Shown here in pieces: positions 49,501-61,393 of a stretch of 64,000 bases of DNA. The first letter of the stretch is position 1. Each line of letters opens with the position of its first letter. Under the pieces are notes generated by a model. That model worked only from the letters and a program-made list of their open reading frames with translations. It ran no database searches and was not told the origin of the DNA. The stretch comes from Squalus acanthias (taxonomy: Eukaryota): contig CM059432.1 of assembly GCA_030390025.1 (NCBI GenBank), forward strand, positions 27,964,001 through 28,028,000, read 5' to 3'. A program made the translations under genes and the position numbers.

Positions 49501-51039
49501 GTTCGGCTTTCCGTCTGTCTTTCTTTCATTCTTTGGAGTCTTTTCATGTGTCTGTTATCTTGCGTGTGTTGTATGTATGTTTATCTAGCTTTATGTTTTT
49601 TTTTTGGTTTTAAACCTGTGTCCTCAAGTTCAGTGCTCGCATTTCCTAACCTCTATCATCATTATTTTTTAGATTATTTTCTTTAGTTCTGATAAGCTCC
49701 TCTTGTTGGTCAAGGGACAAGTACTTCTTTGGCAGTGACTTCAGGGCACTAAGGCTTCTGGCCTTTATCACACAATCCAGTTGAAACAGAACGTAAATGG
49801 CTCCCACAAACTGACACTTCTTCACTTCTTTAATCCAGCCCGACAAGTTTTATCCGTCCGCGGTGATACTTCCAGTAATATTTGTGCACAATACAGCAGA
49901 ATTCATTGTAAAAAAGATTTAAAAAATGAACGGCTCATCTGACACAAACCAAGACTTACACCCAGGAAGTGATGTAATGGAATTATTACTCTAATGATAT
50001 CAATCTTTCCCACAATGATAACAAACTTTGACCTGCGCAGAGTAAAACAGATTGTACTTCTGACAAGTAAACCACAGCAGATTGATAGTCTAAATTTAGC
50101 ACATGACACTTCTCCTCAGCAACAGATGTGAGTTTTGGTGGCTTTTCTGCTGGTAACTTTTTGAAGGTAATGTTTCCCAATTTTCACTGCTCTCAATTTT
50201 CTCCTATCTCCGAAACATGCTAAGTTTGCGTAGGCACTAGTAGGTCTCTGGTACCAAGTGGCTATTCCTCAAATGCTCACCCAGACTATGAGTGCTGGCA
50301 AGCTATTTTATACCGAGGGCGATGATTTTAGTAGAGTAGGTGAGTTTTTTTTTTAAAACAACTTTGAGATGGGAGACCTAAAAGTGGGCACCATGGTGGA
50401 ACCTGATACTTTCTACACATGCACAGGCTTTCCAGCAGGAAGGTCATTGGACAGAAACAGCGACTCGCCTGTTTTTAATTCACAAGATTACTGAGAACTG
50501 TAATACACCCTTGCAATAATCCTCCCACTGCGTCCCCGAACCACCTTACAACAGGCCCGTATAAAGTGTCCCAATTGTTATTAAATTAATTCGTAACCAC
50601 AGGGATGCAGGTTCCAGTGAAACACTGCTGTGCACTTGACCTCTTGTTCAGCGACTATGTAGTATCATCTTGGCTCAGTTGGTAGCACTCTCGGTTGTGG
50701 GTCAAAAGTTGGAGTTTCAAGCTCCACGAGCCACGAGGAGGTGGAGCTTATCATCTCGGCTAATGCTCTGGAGCAATACCGAGTGCTGCATTCTTGGAGC
50801 TGCTGTTTGTGGGATGAGACTTTGAAACAGAGCCCATCAGCCTGGGCCAGTGGTTGTTAAAGACCCCAGGGCACTATTTGAAAAAGTGCAGGGAGTTCTC
50901 CTGAGGACCTTGTCAACATTCCTCCCTCAACCAGCACCACTAAAAACAGACTTATGGGCTATTCATCTCAAGGCTGTTTGTGGGCTTGCACTGTGCACAA
51001 AATGCTGCTACATTTGTTTACTGAGAAAATGTGCCCTGT

Positions 51040-51830
51040 AGTCATAGAAACAATCATAGAATCTTATAGCACAGAAGGAGGTCATTCAGCCCATCGTGCC
51101 TGTTTCGGCTCTTTGAGAGAGCTGTCCATTTAGTTCTACTCCCCTGCTCTTTACCCATAGCCCTGCAAATTTTTACTTTCCAAATATATATCCAATTCCC
51201 CTTTGAAAGTTATGATTGAATCTGGTTCCACCACCCTCTCAGGCAGTCACCACAGATCATAACAACTCACTGTGCAAAGAAAATTCTCCTCCCCTCCCCT
51301 CTGGTTCTTTTGCCAATTATCTTAAAATAGTAGTTTTGCTGTTATTACTGTTTTGAACCTGTGATCCCTGGTTCTACTGTCACACTTTTAACTTGAAGTA
51401 GCGTTCCCGATTTAACTTCCCTATACAATTTATTATTTTATATACCTCTGGAAGGTCACCTCTTAGTCGACTCCTACCACAGCTGACAACCCCAAGTTTC
51501 TCCAGCCTTTCCTCATGACACTCCTTCAATGAGTGGGATCAGTGTTGTGGCTCTCTGAATTGCTGAGGAGCCATGAGTGTTTCTGTTGTGTCTCGGTGAC
51601 TTCAACTGAATACAGTTCTCAAGCTGTGGTCTGATTAGAGCCCTTTACAGTTTATGATGGCTTCCTCTGACTTGTACTCTATACTGTTATCTTGATAGTT
51701 CAGCATTTTATTGGCTTTGCTGCTTGTTGCTCCACAGTGGTTGGCCGTGTTGAGCTACAAATGCTGCTAGATCTCTTTCAGCAATATCCATCGCTAGTTC
51801 AAGACCATTCAAGGATCACACGGAACACTC
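51040..51830 (-). mobile_element. Two adjacent CR1 3' fragments of different age
   Basis: catagaatc tail at ~51045-51065; an older fragment follows, similar to 36358-37075. Confidence 0.7.
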
Positions 51831-52204
51831 TAGTCTACATCCCTTTCTGGATCCGCCGCTCTTCCAACTCTCATCTACTGCACATTCCCCCTCCCTCTGC
51901 CATGCCATCAGCCATTTTGTCCTCTGAAATTCCTCACTAATCCCATTTGTCTTGCTATATCTTCCCCACCTTCAAAAATCCTTCTTAAAGCCTTCCTGAT
52001 CGACATTGTTTCCAGCTACCACCCCTAGCCAGTCCTACTCCCTACTCTGCTCAACTCTGAAGTGCCTTAGGATATTTTGTGTTTAAAGGCTATATAAATG
52101 CAAGTAGTACTTCTGCTGCCCATTTTGCTTCATCTGCTTTACACTTGTATGTACTAAATTTCATCTTCCACTCTTCTTCCCACCTAGATATTTGGCTACT
52201 TCAT

Positions 52205-52993
52205 GAACTGATTCATTACTGGGTTCACTAATATCCTTTAGAGAAGGAAACCCACCGTCCTTACCGGGTCTGGCCTATATGTGACTCCAGATCCACAGCA
52301 ATGTAGTTGACTCTTAACTCTCCTCTGAAATGGCCTAGCAAGCCCCTCAGTTGTATCAAACCGCTACAAAAAGTCTAATAAGAATAAAACCGGAAAGTCC
52401 AACCGGCATCAACCTACACATCGAATTCGGACAACACAAAGGCACACCCAGCCCAGTCGACCCTGCAAAGTCCTCCACACTAACATCTGGGGACTTGTGC
52501 TAAAATTGGGAGAGCTGTCCCACAGACTAGTCAAGCAACAGCCTGACATAGTCATACTCACAGAATCTTACCTTTCAGCCAATGTCCCAAACTCCTGCAT
52601 CACCATCCCTGGGTATGTCCTGTCCCACGGGCAGGACAGCCCCACCAGAGGTGGCGGACAGTGGTATACAGTCAGATGGACTGGCCTTGGGAGTCCTCAA
52701 CAGCGACTCTGGAACGCATGAAGTCTCATGGCATCAAGTCAAACATGGGCAAGGAAACCTCCTGCTGATTCCCACCTACAGCCTCCTTCAGCTGATGAAT
52801 CAGTACTCCACCATGTTGAGGACCACTTGGAAGAAGCACTGAGGGTAGCAAGTGCACAGAATATACTCTGGATGGGGGACTTCAAAGTCCATCACCAAGA
52901 GTGGCTCAGTAGCGTGACTACTGACTGAGTTGGCTGAGTCCTGAAGGACATAGCTGCCAGTCTGGGCCTGCAACAGGTGGTGAGAGAACCAAC
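52205..52993 (+). mobile_element. 5' end of a LINE: SINE-like leader followed by an APE endonuclease remnant
   Basis: NIWGLVLKLGELSHRLVKQQPDIVILTESYL...WMGDFKVHHQEWL, about 270 bp after a leader shared with the SINEs at 33905 and 27968. Confidence 0.82.
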
Positions 52994-53358
52994 AATAGAG
53001 GTGTTCAAAATCAGGAGGGGTCTAGACAGAGTAGATTGAGAGAAATTGTTCCTGTTGGCAGAAGGGTCAAGAACCAGAGGACACAGATTTAAGGTGATTG
53101 GCAAAAGAACCAAAGGCGACATGAGGAAAAACATTTTATGCAGCGAGTGGTTAGGATCTGGAATGCACTGCCTGAAAGGGTGGTGGAGGCAGACTCAATC
53201 GTAGTTTTCAAAAGGGAATTTGATAAGTATCTGTAGAAAAAAAAATTGCAGGGCTACGGGGAAAGGGCGGGGGAGTGGGACTAGTCGAAGTCTCTTGCAG
53301 AGAGCTGACACGGGCTCGACGGGCCGAATGGCCTCCTTCTGGGCTGTAACCATTCTAT
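52994..53358 (+). mobile_element. CR1 3' end
   Basis: Decayed EVFKI..GLDRVD.EKLF.L..GSRTRGHRFKV and tail ctgtaaccattctat. Confidence 0.88.
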
Positions 53359-55150
53359 GGCCGCGATTTCACCTTCTGAGGTGGGTCGGGTGTGGCCGGG
53401 GTTGGTGGCGGGGTGCAACCCCGCTGCTGGCTCCATCCCGCTCTGTGAAAAGACTTTATGCTGACTGGGCTTGATAAGCCCGCCCAGCGCGTTTGCCAGC
53501 CAATTGAAGGAAGCGCATCTGATGACGTCACTTGATGATGCATCATCAGCCGGGTTCCTTAAAGGGACCATGTGCAAATTGTTTTAGACATTTGTGCGAT
53601 CAGTGTTCTGCAGCATTGAGGTGCTGCAAACACTGACAAGCACTGCACAGAGGTACAGGGCTGCACCCAGGCTCTCCCATGATTCCCTCCATATGCTTAT
53701 GGAGGGAGTCACAGCATGCAGGGAGGTCCTCTTCCCTTCCCATAGGCAGAAGAGACCTTACCCAGGAGATTAACGCAGCCTGGTTGCACATTGCACAGGA
53801 GGACACAAGCAGGGATGTCGTCAGGAGAACCAGGCTGCAGTGGCACAAACCTTTCAATGATCTCAGTAGATCACGAAACGTTACTGCAAAGCCACACTCA
53901 ACCGAATCCTGCTGTGCCACTCATCACATCTTCGTCACTCTGCCTTCCCTATCCTACTCCTGCACATCTTTACTCACACCAACTTACCTTGCACCTTCAC
54001 CCATCCCTCTCTATCTACATTATCACTTCCCCATCTCACTAGCCACCCCTCACACTCACCCTCATCCTAGTGCAATCATACCAACTAACAGCACACAAGG
54101 GTGGGCACTTGGGTGTTTTCGCCAATGTTCATGTAAAGTTTCTGGTGATGTGTTGCCAAACATTGAAATCTTTATTTTCCACAGTTTGACTTCTTGGACA
54201 GATTTGTGTGCACCTTTGGAAGAGGCTTAGTGAGTTGCAGTGAATGGTGAGACATAACGTTACCCCCCGCAATGGTGATGAACGTGAAAGGAATGGCTCG
54301 GGCATTGCAGGAATGCTTTATGGTGCTGGTGTGGGGTGGTGCCAACATGGTGCATCACGTGGCAGCCAGTGTGTACAGCCTCAAGTGAAATAAATCTGGC
54401 TATGGTGAGGCCATCCTTGGCCTCCCGGGCAGCAATGCAGTCGAGTGCTGATGTCCTGTGTCCTGTGTCCTGTGCAGCATCAGGTGATTGCGGAGCAGGT
54501 TGGTGTTGTTGTTGGTGCTGCTGGTGTGCCTGGTGATGTTGGTGTTGGGGCTGATCGTGGAGGGATTCTGAGGACCAAGGTGAGATTTTTTCAAGGGTAC
54601 CGATGCTGCTGGAATAGATGGCAGCTGAAGTTGAGATGACAGAAGCGATCAGTCAGTAGTGAGAGAGGTTGCTCCAAGGAGGTGACAGTGGATAGAGTTT
54701 ACTCCAAACACTTCCAAACTGCATAAAGCTGAAAAGTGTGTTCCAAATTCTGAAGGCTCCAGCTTCTCAGATTGGAAAGTGAACAGCTGTGAAATGATAG
54801 CTTTTATATCACTTTTGCAGCTGTCAACTATTCAGAGGAATGGAGAGTCATTGAGAACACGACATACTTACCTGACGTGATCCCGAGCACCAGGAACCTC
54901 GTGAAAAGCTGGTAAAACGGTAAATACATGGTAAAATGGTGTTTAAGTACCTTTTAACAAGCTCTTAAGTATCTGAATTGGCTCACCCATTGTTTGGTGT
55001 CGGGTCTGTAAAGCGCAGACAGACCCGACACTTGAGAAACTTATACGGAGGCGGTTTCAGAGCGGGATCCCAAGCCGCTGTCAATCTTTTCGATTTTGAC
55101 AGCAGACCCGCCTCCAAACCTGCCCTCTGAGCACCGGCAAAATTCCGGCC
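53359..55150. mobile_element. Internally deleted PIF/Harbinger element
   Basis: Ends GGCCGCGATTT / AAATTCCGGCC. Myb exon 1 at ~53655-53880 (RAAPRLSHDSLHMLMEGVTACREVLFPS / QEINAAWLHIAQEDTSRDVVRRTRLQWHKPFNDLSRS). A transposase C-terminal remnant (IAAREAKDGLTIARF) lies on - near 54390-54450. Confidence 0.82.
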
Positions 55151-55499
55151 ATAGGTTTGCTACCTAGTAGAAAACAAATTTTTCGCAGCAGCTTCATAGA
55201 GAGTACCATTTCATGTCTCAAGTTCCTTCTCAGCCGCTCCATTCAATAGTAACTTTCAAAAAGGAATTGAATATATACTTGTACAGGAAAAATTTGCAGG
55301 GCTATGTTGTCGCACTAGTAATCCAGAGAACGTGAATTCAAAATTCCACCATAGCAGTTTGAGAATTTGAAAATGGTACTGCTCCCTCCCAGGCACCAAG
55401 AAACCCTGTCTATTCCACTGGCTCTTGGTGTCTCCAGAGGCATAAGTGGTAGCTCATTAGCATAATGCAACTATTAAGCAGAATATGACCTAAACAAAC

Positions 55500-56900
55500 C
55501 AGTTGATAAAGCTGGTAACAAAGCATACAGGATCCTTGGCTTTACAAATAGAGACATAGGGGGCGATCTTGCCAGCCCTGGGGAGGTGGGTATGGAGGCG
55601 GGACTGCCGGGAAAATGGCAGAATTTGGGGGCGGGAAGGGATTAAAGCCTATTAACTGCCTGTTAACAGTTAGTTGACAGGCAGAAAATAGGATTATCCC
55701 CTTTTTGCCCTCACAAGTGCGGGCTTCCCGAAGGCTCTGAAACCCGCCAGGTCAGCGAGGGGCGTGGTGGGTCTGCGGGGGTCGGAGGGGTGCAAAAGTG
55801 TGCAGTGAAGGTAAGTGATGGGTGCAAGAGTGGAGAGGTGAGTATCTGAGGTAAGTGCAAAGTGTTAGTAAAAGTGTACTTACCTTTGTTTCTTCCTGCA
55901 GGCTTCGATCGGTGTGTATGCGGAGAGTCTCGGACCTCCGCGTTGGAGATGACAGGTGGCCGTTGCATTCTCCAATGTAACAACCGTCTCATTTCTGCAA
56001 AAGAAAGAAGTTTGACGAGGTCTTGAATTCAAGACCTCATCAAACAACAGAGAATGTCAGTGTTTGACAGCTTCACAGAGCTGTCAAACGATGACAATTC
56101 ATTTGTCAAAATTTTTTGACAGATGGAACGTCATACATTGACGTTCTCTGCAACCGGCTTTCCCTTAATTGGCCTGCTAAACCCGCTGGGCGGGCTTAAC
56201 AAGGTCAATCAAGGGAAAATAGCTTGAGTTGGCCAGAATTTGATGGAGGCGGGACTGAAACCCGACAAGTGGGAGTCCCGCCTCCAAAAGCTCCCCATTG
56301 AGAAAATCACCCCCATAGAGTACAAGAGCAAGGAAGATATGCTAAACTTTTATAAATCACTGGTTAGACCTCAGCTAGTGTATTGTGGCCAATTCTAGGC
56401 ACCACACTTTAGCAAGGCTGTCAAGGCCTTAGAGAGGGTGCAGAGGAGATTTGCTAGAATTGTACTAGGTATGAGGGGTTTCAGTTATCTGGAGAGACTA
56501 GAGAAGCTGGAATTGTTCTCCTCAGAGCAGAGACGGTTATGGGGAGATTTAGTAGACGTGTACAAAATAATGAGTGATTTTGACAGATGAGACTGTTTCC
56601 ACTGGCAGGAGGGTCAATAACCAGAGGACACATATTTAAGGTAATTGACAAAAAAGCCATGGGGGGAGATGATTTTTTTACTCAGCAAGTTATGATGATT
56701 TGGAATGAACTGCCTGGAAAGGTGGTGGAAGCAGATTCAATAGTAACTTTCAAAAAGGAATTGGATATATACTTGTACAGGAAAAATTTGCAGGGCTATG
56801 TGGAAAGAACAGATGAGTGGGACTAATTGGATTGCTCTTTCAGAGAGCTGGCACAGGCACGATGGGCCTAATGGCCTCCTTCTGTACTGTATGATCCTAT
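55500..56900 (+). mobile_element. CR1 3' fragment split by a MITE
   Basis: Removing 55559-56314 and one ATA restores ILGFTNRDIEYKSKEDMLNFYKSLVRPQL. Confidence 0.88.
55559..56314. mobile_element. Harbinger-type MITE, 756 bp
   Basis: TIR GGGGGCGATCTT / AAAATCACCCCC; TSD ATA confirmed by the interrupted LINE frame; related to the 47791 and 62821 MITEs. Confidence 0.92.
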
Positions 56901-57490
56901 AAACAGTGACCTGACCCCGGAACAGCCAGAAATAGAGAAAACTCATATATGCAATTTAAGTTCTCAGAAAAAATAAGTACTATCAGTTCTGAAGGTTACA
57001 TCAGATGTTTTAAATATATATGTGGCAAATCTAAACCCATCACTTACAAGAATGTGGGATCTCTGAGGTCACTGTGTGTATTTACAGGCAAGCGTATCTG
57101 AGCCTTGAAACTGGCTACACACCCTGGCCAGCATGATGGCTGTGTTGTGCTTCGTGATGTGGTTCCGGCTTAAAATAAAACATTTGGTAAACATTCGATG
57201 GGGTATTGTCCAGGAAGGATGAAATCATTAAGGGAGTGGGGACCAGCGTCTCCATTCTAAGGGAGGTGGTTCTTTCAGGCAAGGCTCAGTTCCTGGAAAC
57301 AGAATAGAGCAGGAAAAGGCTCCTCCTGCGGATCAGTTGGTGTAAGTGTACTGTTTATGGCTCCACAGCAAGGGCATCCAAGCTTCCTGTCTTTGTGAGT
57401 CACAAGGGGTGCATGCCATAGATCCTCAGGAACCACATAAAGTTTAAATCCATGCTCCCATTAATTTACATATATCTCTGGTTGCTAACA

Positions 57491-57941
57491 AGAAGAACTT
57501 GCATTTATATAGTGCCTTTCACAACCTCAGGACGTCCCAAGTGCTTTACAGTCAATCAAATACTTTTTGTAATGTTGTCACTGTTGTAATGTAGGAAACG
57601 TAGCTCCTGTTTTGCGCATAAACAGCAATGCGATACATGAACAGAGCAACTGTTTTAGCGATGTTGGTTGAGGGATAAATATTGGCTCGGACACCGAGGA
57701 GAACTCCCCTGCTCTTCGTCAAAATAGTGCCATAGGATCTTTTACATCCACCTAAGAACGCAGACGGGGCCTCAGCTTAACATCTCATCCAAAAGACAGC
57801 ACCCCCGACAGTGGGGCACTCCCACAGTGCAGCACTGGAGTGTCAGCCTAGAGGAGGTGCTCAAGTCTCACAAAGTGGGACTCGAACCCACAACGTTTTG
57901 ACTGAGAGGCAAGAGGGCTACCAACTGAGCCGCAGCTGACA
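57491..57941 (-). mobile_element. DeuSINE (SacSINE1-like), near full length
   Basis: Reverse complement colinear with 60921-61393. Confidence 0.88.
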
Positions 57942-58371
57942 CCAGAAAGACCTGCGAGAAAAAAAACCAGGAGTGCATGGCCTTAGGGAATCTGGCAAGT
58001 TTATTTTGTAGGTTGCCTCTGGCTGCTTGAGCATCGTCTGAGATTAGCTGATTCAGCTCAGGCCGCGGATTGAATACGGGACCTTCGTGCTTTAATGCCT
58101 GAGGATTGGCCTGTTCCAAAAACGCCATTCTAGCATTGTGATATTGGCCAGCAGACTGGCTTTATACCTATGAACAGTGAAATCTGACAACTGTAGTTGC
58201 GTTGAAGCTCAGATAAGTGATGCAAGCTAAATGCATCTATGTGTTGAAGTATGAAATATCCTTTATGACAGGATATCATGACAATATCTGCCCACCCCCA
58301 CCCTTAAAAGCCCCATAAAACTGTCAAGGACGTGAGAGAAAGATTATCCACGTTCTACACAGTGCACTTAC

Positions 58372-58553
58372 CGTGTAGCATTCTCCAATGCCCTAGAGAA
58401 GGCGGAGTAGTCAGCCAGTGAGTGCTGTAGTGAGTAAAACCAGGCCGCTGCGTCCTTGATGAGTGAGTTTGATGTTTCTCCTCCCAGTGCATTCTGAAGA
58501 GCTTGATAGAAAGCCGTTTTACTCTCTGATTTTCCAGAAGGTTCTTCAAACTT
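58372..58553 (-). CDS. TG: Thyroglobulin coding exon (cholinesterase-like domain; appears equivalent to human exon 44)
   Basis: Minus strand: acceptor ttgtttgcattattcag|AAG, donor ACG|gtaagt; 182 bp. Translates KFEEPSGKSESKTAFYQALQNALGGETSNSLIKDAAAWFYSLQHSLADYSAFSRALENATR, matching vertebrate TG 'KTAFYQALQNSLGGE...YSLEHS..DYASFSRALENATR' as I recall it. Confidence 0.96.
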
Positions 58554-60920
58554 CTGAATAATGCAAACAACAACAAAAAAATGTCTCTACAGATTATTAA
58601 TCTTTTCAAAATATATTTGTAAGTTTGAGAACAATTAGAGAGAACTTTGTACTCATCAAGCTGAGGGATGTCAGGCGCCCCCGGTTGCTCAGTTTTGAAA
58701 ATGCAACAATCAAAGTGGAATTGAGCCATATAGGCCAGGCAGGACCCAGGTTTGTTCCTCAATTTGATTCAACTGATTTCTGTGCTACACTTGGCCTCAG
58801 CACCCATGTATGAGGGTGGGGAAAATCAGGCAGGGATTTCTAGGACCTCCTTTGTTATAAAGTGGTAAGTTATTGTTGTTGTTGCTATTGACCCATCCTG
58901 GAAAATGTACATCTGTGTCGATACCAGATGAGGGCGAGATCATGGGCAGCTCACCCACTGGCCAGATATCCTGCTGATGTTCACTGTTTAGGCTCAAGCA
59001 TGAAGAAGAGCCACTTGGGTGGGGTACCTCAGCAAGGAGTCAATGCCGAAGGAAAAGAGAAAAGGGGAGCAGTAGATAAACCATTGCCTCACCCAGTCTC
59101 CTTGAGCAATGGCAGGGCAGGGGAAAGGCATTAATTGGCTACAGAGGGGGCAAAATGCAACTGCCTGTAAACACCAAAAGCTGCTTCTGTACATCATTTA
59201 AATAAGAAAAGAAAAAGAAAGACTTGAATTCATATAGCACCTTTCATGCCCTTAGGATGTCTTAAAGCGCTTTACAGCCAATGAAATACTTTTGAAATAC
59301 AATCCCATCAGTGGGGCCTTTCCACAGGAAGGACGCATATAATCAGAGGGGAAGTAACACCCAGTTTTGGCAACAATCAGGAATGTAGCTTTCAAACTGT
59401 TTTCTTGTGTGAATCTCGAGCATGTAAAAAAAAAACTTCTGAGAACCTCAAGTCTCAATATTCTCAGCAACATAATAAAAACCCAAGACCAGTCCTTGCA
59501 CATCTCTGACACAGAGCAGCAGAGGTCCTCCAGTGGCCCTCCCAGCTGCAGGCAGTGTACCGTACAGGGAGATCAAAAAGAGCTAGGGGGGAAAAAATAA
59601 CTCAAAATTAAACAAATCAATAAACCGATGTAGTAGGAAGTTGGCTTCTCTACAACACATCTGCACAAGATGGGCAACACTTCCTAGAAGGTTCTGTTTG
59701 CAAATAAACTTCTGAACTTTCCATTACACAGAGTCTCACGCCAGATGTAGAAGAAGTAATGCTAACTTACGTAACAATATATAAAAAAAAAGAACTGATA
59801 CTCCCATCTCTGACACATTGCCAGCAACCTATCTGCTTTGCCATTAACGTGACCTTTAGACTGCTGTCAGGTTCTGGGATACTCCTGACGCCTTGGGGTT
59901 GACTGGTTTTATTTGATTAAAATTCATGTACTGTGGCACTGAAACAAACACTAATACTACAGTAATAAATCTACTAAACATTAGGATAGCAACATTATTG
60001 GAATAGTAACACTAAATTAATAATGTGAACACCTGAAACATCAACTTTAAATAAAAATAACATTTAAATATTTGGTACTTTTTAATTCAATATTCTCTGT
60101 GTGCTTTTTTATTTTCTTCAAATAGGACCATGGCATCTTTTACGTTCATCTGAGAGGGTCCATTATATCTGTTTCTTACTTCTGGTGCAAGGGAAATTTT
60201 GTGCCTTTTGCCAGTTTGAATGTGTGCCTCCTTATCCTACTGTCACAGTTAGATCCAGATCCTTGAGTCTCTCCTCATGATTTACAGCTCTAAGTCATGA
60301 AATGATCATCAGTTGTCTTTTGAACTTGTATGAACAAATGACAGAGCTGCAGACAACTGCACTGCCTGGGAGAAGGTTTCACAGGAAGGAGAAGTGATAG
60401 GTGAAGCCCCATTGCGGACATTCTTGCTCAGCTTTCTGAATTGGTGCAAATTATCACTGCAGCTGTCCTTGAGTTCCTAAACGTGTATGGTATCATGTTT
60501 CACTGGTCACCATTTCGGGCAGGCAGCTGGTTGGCGGGATGTAAATGAGGGATGTAAATGAGGCTAGGGAGTTAAAATAGCCTCAAACTGTTGCTGTTGG
60601 AGGAGGGGGGTAGATACTTGCCCTGCGCCCTGGCCAGCCGAAACCTGCTCCCAGTTAAAGTCCGCCACCCCCCACCCTGCCGCCCACCCCCCCGCTCAAC
60701 CACACCACCATATATTTGTAGAACATAATTTCAAAGAACAGAATCTTAAAATCAAGCCATAGAAATGTTGACACATCTTGGACTGCATCACTGGATATTG
60801 TGTCGTGTTTCACCTACCCTTCTTTTGCTATGAATGGGAATAAGCTGAAATGTTGTCATTTGTGCATTTTGTGCTTGGGAGCATGTGGCACAATGGGTTA
60901 GAGTACAATTTCACTTTGGA

Positions 60921-61393
60921 TGTCAGCCATGGCTCAGTTGGTAGCACCATTGTTTCTGAGCAAGAAGGTTGTAGGTTCAAAGTCCGACTCCAGAGACTCA
61001 AGCACAAAAATCTGGGCTGACACTCCAGTGCAGTACTGAGGGAGTGCTGCACTGTCAGAGGTGCCATCTTTTGGATGAGACGTTAAACCGAGGCCCCGTC
61101 TGCTCTCTCAGGTGGACGTAGAAGATCCCATGGCACTATTTCGAAGACGAGCAGGGGAGTTATACCTGGTTTCCTGACCAATATTTATCCCTCAATCAAC
61201 ATCATTAAAAAAGATTATCTGGTCATTATTGCATTACTGTTTGTGGGAGCTTGCTGTGTGCAAATTGGCTGCTGTGTTTCCTACATTACAACAGTGACTA
61301 CACTTCAAAAAGTGCTTCATTGGCTTTAATGCACTTTGGGATGTCTGGCGGTCATGAAAGGAACTATATAAATGCAAGTCTTTCTTTCTTTCT
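60921..61393 (+). mobile_element. Full-length tRNA-derived DeuSINE (SacSINE1-like)
   Basis: Head tggctcagttggtag (A box) and ggttcaaagtcc (B-box-like). Core ggtgccatcttttggatgagacgttaaaccgaggcccc resembles the AmnSINE1 Deu domain. L2-type tail tatataaatgcaagtc(tttc)n. Confidence 0.88.

Noticed and set aside
49646..49910. Exon-like unique sequence and 66-aa ORF
   Set aside because: No recognisable protein, no convincing splice pair, and stops in the other frames.
57048..57168. Minus-strand segment with good acceptor and GTAAGT donor, candidate TG exon
   Set aside because: No TG similarity in any frame, it would add a stop, and the two real exons already join in phase.
58355..58762. 135-aa ORF from the track overlapping the TG exon
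   Set aside because: Wrong frame. The TG-matching frame is a different one, bounded by splice sites.
60921..61000. tRNA genes suggested by A/B boxes
   Set aside because: These are SINE heads continuing into Deu body and tail; no complete cloverleaf is evident.
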